Shown: positions 10,364 to 15,448 of the stretch, one piece after another
How the letters are laid out: each line of letters opens with the position of its first letter
Position numbering within the stretch: the first letter of the stretch is position 1
Source of the DNA: a virus
Taxonomy: Duplodnaviria > Heunggongvirae > Uroviricota > Caudoviricetes
DNA length: 15,448 nucleotides
Virus record (IMG/VR): IMGVR_UViG_2703718838_000010
Reading direction: 5' to 3' (one strand)
The notes under the pieces: model-generated
Told to the model about the DNA's origin: nothing
What the model saw: only the letters and a program-made list of their open reading frames with translations
The model's database searches: none
Made by a program: the position numbers and the translations under genes

Positions 10364-13300
10364 TTAACATTCCCCCATCACGTCGCATATTTAACAGATT
10401 GCCCTGCACCCGCTGATCAACCATCCCCATAAGTGCTTTTATTGCCTGAGGGCCAATCTCTCCATTCTGGCCGTCATTTTGAATAGTGATTTGGTATACA
10501 GGGGCATAGGTAATATCTCCGCCTCCATTACCACTTTTACTATTAATAGCTCTGACACCAAGAGAACCATCGGAAGTTCGTGTTAATGGCATAATGGCTT
10601 CCGGTCCAGCCTCACCAAAAACACCAGCCCCTTTTGCAAAAGCAAAAAATTGCGGGGAATCATAAATACCGTTCGAATACGTGCTCAATGACGGAGACTC
10701 ATAAACACCGCCCTTTGCATTCGGAATAAATTTACTAATAGCACTCCCGATAGTTCCTAAAATCCCCCCAGAAGAACTGTTACTAATGCTGTCGATAATC
10801 CCAGTAATTGAAGCCTTTAATGCTATTCGACTAAGATCCGAAATCACGGAAGTAGCGAAAGAACGAAAATTTGCCTTGCCTGTCGTGACAAAATCACCCA
10901 GCGCATCGGTCATCCCATCAAACATCTGAGTCGTGGTTGATTTTATCTGCTCACTGATATCCTTAGTGTCATCCAGCCAGTTATTGAATCCCTGGGAGGC
11001 ACCACTAACCCAGTCTCCTGCCTGAATATCGAGCTGCTCGTTTTTCTGTCTGACAATTTCTTTTTCCCGTTCCAGAGCATCATTCAGAGCCTGCATTTTC
11101 TCTTGAAAAACATGATCTGACATTCCACGGGATTTATCTGCATAGTCACGTTCAAGTTGCAGACGCTGATTGTTATATCCATGTTCAATCCGCAGTAATT
11201 CCTGCTGGCGTTGCTGATTTTTATCGCCAACCCCATAACCAGCAATCTGAATATCATACCCCTGCTGACGATTATCAATCGAAGCCTGCAATGAATCACG
11301 CCATGCTGTTATTTCGGCGGATTCCTTGATTAGCCTGTTATTTTTTTCAATCGCAACATTTTTCTCCATCAACGTGGTTATTTCTTCCCGGTGTAAGAGA
11401 AGCGATTTCTGATCCTGGGTTAATTTCGATGATGGTCGTGACTCTAGGTCGGCAATCCGCTGACGCCACTTAACCAGTTCCTGTTCAGAGGAACTTAATT
11501 TAACGGTCAACTCAGCTTGTGAACTTAGTAACGCATTCTGTTGATTCAGATGATCAATCATTCGTTGGGCTGCATCATCAGAATAACCTTTCGCCTTTGG
11601 TTGCTTTGGATCTTTATAACGCTCATTTATTTGAGCGATAAGATTATTATATTCTTCCTTTGAATACTGATTCTTTAGCTTTTCCAGTTTTGCAAGTTCA
11701 CTAGCTCTCTGCTGCTCCCGGGTCTGATATTGTTTTGAAAAGGCATCTGCTCTCTGTCTGAGTTCAATTCCTTCCTGTTGTCGCTTGTTGTAATCGTTTA
11801 TTGATGAATTTAGTACGTCCTGAGCAATTTTTTCTGCTTGAAGTACGCCCAATTGCTGCTTTAATCGTGCCAGCCTTTTATTTTGAGCTCCGCCATCTCC
11901 AATGCCACCTAACCCGAAAACTCCGGGTCGGGTATTTTTTTCTATTTCATCAATTTGACGGAGAACATCTGAGATTTTTTGATCAAGGGAGGCCTCACGG
12001 CCAATATCCAGCATGGAATCCCATGCCCATTTTGCGGAGTCTGCGACAGCTTTCCATGCAGTCTCAAGATAACCAAGATTTTCTTTAATCTGGTTGGTGC
12101 GCTGGATCATTGAGGATGAGTATTCTTCTGTCGCAATGCGGGCGGCCTCCTGCTGGTTCCCTTCATCCTGTAGCGCCTTAATCTGGTTATAAGTCGCAAG
12201 TGTCAGAAAATGGTACTGATCATTAAGTTTTGATATGGCACTGACAGGATCCTTTGCAATTTCATTGAAGTCATTAACCAGTTGTTCGGTTGATATTCCT
12301 GTTACTTCGCTCGTTTTTACTATCGCTGTCGTCACTTGCTCCAGCGAACTGCTCGCTACCTTTCCCGAACGCACAAGCTGATTTAATACTGCCGCCGCAG
12401 CACCAGTTGTCGAATCAGCCGCATTCCCGGCACGTTGAGCTATATCGCCCAATTGCCCGCTGGTTGTCCCCAACTGATTTCCGGTAAGAATAAGAGATTT
12501 ATTAAATTCGTCCTGCTCCTGAGAGCCTTTATAGTAAGCCAGTCCTAAGACCCCAACGGCTGCTGCGGCCAGGGTAAAAGGATTAATTAATCCCAGCACA
12601 TAAGAACCTACACCTTTGATCGCCGGGCCAATCCCACCGAACATATCTTTTAGCTGGCCGCCCTGCTGCATTAACACCATAAATGGCGACTGACCAGTGG
12701 ACAACCCAACAACAATATCCGTCATTTGTGCAGGCAACATGCGCATAGCAAAAGCCGTTTGTTTTGCCGACATTCCGGTTTTGCTTAATTGTGATTGAGT
12801 AACCTCAAGCTCACTCCGCATAGCACGAAGTTTTCCAGAAAGCTCCTCATACATTTCAGGAGAAAGCATCCCCTTAGCTTTTGCTTCATTGAGCTGTTTC
12901 TGTTGTTCTACCAGACGATTAAAAGCAGTTCCGACAGGATCAAGTTGAGCAATCAGACGTTGCAAAGCAACAACCTGTTCATCATGCGCTTTTGCTGCTT
13001 CTCGCTCTGCCTGAGCCTCTCCGGTAAGCTCTCGCCGTGTTTCCTGTATTTTTCGGCTATAATTCTCAAACTGAGAACCATTTATTTTCCCGGATGCAAA
13101 CGCAGCATTAAGTTCATCATGCTGTTGTTCAAGATTTCTTAGCGCCGCAGCCAGAGGGTCGATCTTGTCCAGCATTCTTTGAAAGGCCTGAGCCTGCGCT
13201 TCCTGCTGGGCGGCAGCAAGTTTTCCGGCCTTCTCGGCTTCTCTCTGCGCTTGCGCAACCCCGCTCAATTCCTCTGTGGTTTCATTAAGTTTACGGACAA

Positions 13301-13589
13301 GAAATTCATATTCTTCTTTATCAATAAGCCCTTTATCGAAAAATTTCTTTAATTCAGAATAGCGTCGACCGACAGTATCAATTGCGGCACCAACTGGATC
13401 AATAGCTGCTTTTAATTTTGCGAGCGCGTTCTTCTCATCTTCTGTTGCCTTAGTCACTTTCCCTGCGCTATTTGCAGCAGTTTCCCCAGCCTGCGTCATT
13501 TTGACTAATGAGGAGGTCAGATTGTCAGCATTATTTTTCGCTCCAGTGCTATCAATAATTATTGCGAGACGCGAGGTTTGCTCTGCCAT
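10356..13589 (-). CDS. Tail tape measure protein (1077 aa; functional equivalent of lambda gpH but a different, more AT-rich lineage)
   Basis: ORF track 10356..13589 (-). Largest gene, between the chaperone pair and M. N-terminal about 55-aa tandem coiled-coil-like repeats (…[20 protein letters not shown]…, …[20 protein letters not shown]…, …[20 protein letters not shown]…) and a hydrophobic Gly-rich central segment ([19 protein letters not shown]...[14 protein letters not shown]). ATG 13589..13587 preceded by AGGAG. Confidence 0.85.
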
Positions 13590-13607
13590 TTATTAAAACT
13601 CCTGACA

Positions 13608-13634
13608 ACAAAAAACCCACCGCGAAGTGGGTTT
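13608..13634 (-). terminator. Rho-independent terminator-like hairpin between the chaperone T-frame and the tape measure gene (stem aaacccac / gtgggttt, 6-nt loop, T-run on minus strand)
   Basis: Plus strand 13610..13634 is aaaaaacccaccgcgaagtgggttt; on the minus strand it reads aaacccacttcgcggtgggttttttgttg and ends about 20 nt before the tape-measure ATG. Confidence 0.55.
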
Positions 13635-13754
13635 CAGGCGACATAATAGTAGATATAGCGATTACGAGGCCACGCAATGCTTTTCTCCAGGAGCATCATC
13701 GATTTAATTAAAGACACCATCACATCTCTGTAACAGAGTGTACGTAATTAACAA

Positions 13755-14071
13755 CTACACACACTGCTCCTGAAAATACTGGTCATCCAGTGCAAAGATC
13801 ACTGCTTCAAATTCATCGCGCTCAATCAATACCGGATGAGTGGCTAAATATTCATTTATCTCTGTCAGAGATAAAGGCAAAGGCACCCCAGCCATTCCAG
13901 CATAACGTCGGGCACGGTATATTACCGAATAGGCGTACAACAACTCCTTAAGCACCGGGTCTATTTCTGGTTCCGGTATCGGTGGCAACCTGAGTTTTTC
14001 TCGCTTCCATCTTGCCTTTTCCCCCCTTTCTCCCCCGAACTCCGATAACCACCGCTGGGCAGCTATGGCTT
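13755..14071 (-). CDS. T-like -1 frame extension of the tail assembly chaperone (expressed only as a G-T fusion, about 105 aa added; fusion about 255 aa)
   Basis: The ORF track lists 13755..13988 (-) from a TTG start, but the same frame is open upstream to 14099 and overlaps the end of the G-like gene, exactly as in the lambda G/GT arrangement. Stop TAG at 13757..13755. Confidence 0.65.
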
Positions 14072-14524
14072 TTTTATCGTATCCTGCTTCTGCTGCTCTT
14101 TACCCTGGGCGATGCTGGCTGCTTCTGCAAGGATCTGCCAGTACAACTCTGGATTCTGCTTAAGCAGCGCGATCCCTCGTTCTGCCGTATATTCCAGTGC
14201 AACCTCAACACCATTAACCAGTTCACCAACCCCTTTCCAGTCTTTCAGCAGATAACGAGCGGCATTATCAATGAGTAAATCATCAACAGAATCCACCTCG
14301 GAAACCTTTGAAATATCAAACTCCTTCGTTCCGACGTGCAAACTGGCATCCATTTTCTCAATGTGGCGACGGATTAATGCATTACGGGAGCGATACTGAT
14401 CGTTATCGCTGCTTGCCACCAACAGTTTTAACCCGTCTACAGGTTTTAAGTCCTTCATTGGCGTAAACCAGCGTTCTCCACCAATGATAATTTTCTGATT
14501 AAGAATAAACATCCATAACCTCAT
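14063..14524 (-). CDS. Tail assembly chaperone (gpG analog, about 150 aa); start either ATG 14524 or ATG 14512
   Basis: ORF track 14063..14524 (-). Sits between the major tail protein and the tape measure gene, ends ...KEQQKQDTIKKP-stop (TAG 14065..14063), and carries an A_AAA_AAG slippery heptamer 2 codons before its stop. No similarity to lambda G itself; the call is by synteny plus the frameshift architecture. Confidence 0.7.
   Translation of the reverse strand: MRLWMFILNQKIIIGGERWFTPMKDLKPVDGLKLLVASSDNDQYRSRNALIRRHIEKMDASLHVGTKEFDISKVSEVDSVDDLLIDNAARYLLKDWKGVGELVNGVEVALEYTAERGIALLKQNPELYWQILAEAASIAQGKEQQKQDTIKKP
14069..14075 (-). promoter_or_regulatory. Programmed -1 ribosomal frameshift slippery heptamer A_AAA_AAG (minus strand) joining the G-like frame to the downstream T-like frame
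   Basis: Minus strand reads ...GAT ACG ATA AAA AAG CCA TAG in the G frame. A -1 slip on A AAA AAG enters a frame that I translated by hand as open from 14099 to the stop at 13755 (…KKAIAAQRWLSEFGGERGEKARWKREKLRLPPIPEPEIDP…). The same heptamer is the classical E. coli dnaX slip site. Confidence 0.7.
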
Positions 14525-14572
14525 TCAATGCGTCCCCCTGTAGGGCAGTACCACAGGAGGAATAACGGAAAA

Positions 14573-15436
14573 TCAACTAATCGCCTCAGCACTGGCTTTT
14601 GCGATCACGGCAGCCGGGGAATTTTTTTTTCTGGTTATCGTAGGTGCTTCATCTGCTGCGGTAATGCTCAATTGAACCTGGATAATGTCGCTATTACCCC
14701 CATCAGGCCATTCACCTGACACCTGAACCTTCGGGAAACTGAAAGTGTATGCCCCCTCTCCATTCGAAAGCGTGAAGCTGAACGGAACTGTTTCTCCAGT
14801 CAGTGTTTTACTCCAGATTTCCCACGCGGCTTTAGACCATGAAAGCGTCACCGTACCGGACGGTGTAAAAGTAGTCGGAATATTTGCTCCTGCATAAGGC
14901 GAGCCAGTCCCGATACAACGCTGTGTCTGGAGTTTGTTATCGAACTGAATATCAAAACTGTCGATACAAAAACCGTTACCTCCGGCAACACCATTCAGGC
15001 TTACTGCTGAAACCTCCTTAAACGAATAACGTAGCTTTCCTGCACTATCCACAGGTTCGCCTTTGATAAAATTCGTATCATCGGCCTTTGATTCCCAGTC
15101 CAGTCCGGCAAAGGTTACGGTCGCTGTAATATCGCCGTCGTTAGGGATCTGCATTTTCCATGAGCCAACCTGCGCTCCTCTGACGACAGAGGCAATTCCG
15201 ACATCGGACGCATAGGTCGCCAGAGAAAATGTTATTCGCTCATTCCCCATTGTCAGAGAATCGCCTGACCATTCCGCGCCGAAACAGGATGCAAGAAAAT
15301 CATCATGTTGACCCCAGCGAAATTTGGTACCAACATCACCGCCGACATCCACAGTGCCAGGCGTCGCCCCCTGAGCCATCCGGGAGCCACCAATCTCATT
15401 ATTTTCGCCTTTATTCTGGGTGGGTTTTACTCCCAT
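14573..15436 (-). CDS. Putative major tail (tube) protein, about 270-287 aa; start uncertain (ATG 15436, internal ATG at 15379, or beyond the window edge)
   Basis: ORF track 14573..15436 (-). Lies immediately upstream of the chaperone pair, the usual position of the major tail protein in siphovirus tail modules. The frame stays open to the window end (15448). Not similar to lambda gpV by eye, so the call is by synteny. Stop TGA 14575..14573. Confidence 0.6.
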   Translation of the reverse strand: MGVKPTQNKGENNEIGGSRMAQGATPGTVDVGGDVGTKFRWGQHDDFLASCFGAEWSGDSLTMGNERITFSLATYASDVGIASVVRGAQVGSWKMQIPNDGDITATVTFAGLDWESKADDTNFIKGEPVDSAGKLRYSFKEVSAVSLNGVAGGNGFCIDSFDIQFDNKLQTQRCIGTGSPYAGANIPTTFTPSGTVTLSWSKAAWEIWSKTLTGETVPFSFTLSNGEGAYTFSFPKVQVSGEWPDGGNSDIIQVQLSITAADEAPTITRKKNSPAAVIAKASAEAIS

Positions 15437-15448
15437 AAGCGCTAACTT

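Noticed and set aside
10356-13589. Short plus-strand ORFs antisense to the tape measure gene (for example 12795..13142, 115 aa; 11801..12088, 95 aa)
   Set aside because: They are embedded antisense in a confidently called gene and are hydrophobic/low-complexity, typical of AT-rich antisense frames. There is no supporting signal.
13641-13754. Possible tiny plus-strand ORF (about 18 aa, ATG near 13677) in the T-H spacer
   Set aside because: Too short to support from sequence alone, on the opposite strand to the operon, and below the ORF-track threshold. Noted only as something a ribosome-profiling dataset could test.

Overview
The window is a tail-morphogenesis block of a lambda-like (lambdoid) prophage or phage, with every credible gene on the minus strand, i.e. 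one late operon read from high to low coordinate. Order (5'->3' on minus): major tail tube protein (14573..15436), a tail assembly chaperone pair with a programmed -1 frameshift site (13755..14524), tape measure protein (10356..13589), then M, L, K, I, J (host specificity), lom, stf (side tail fiber) and tfa (tail fiber assembly). L, K, I, J, lom, stf and tfa look closely lambda-like from the translated ORFs, judged from memory of the lambda proteins. The tube, chaperone, tape-measure and M genes are clearly a different lineage and more AT-rich, so the window spans a mosaic junction. I see no RNA genes, CRISPR array, integrase, transposase, or recognisable defence or toxin system. What deserves a second look are phage-biology features: the frameshift site, a likely mis-called K start that restores a JAMM/MPN domain, a diverged J receptor-binding C-terminus, an intact long repeat-rich stf, the lom moron bracketed by hairpins, and homopolymer tracts inside coding sequence. 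All calls rest on reading the sequence and the ORF track; no database search was run.
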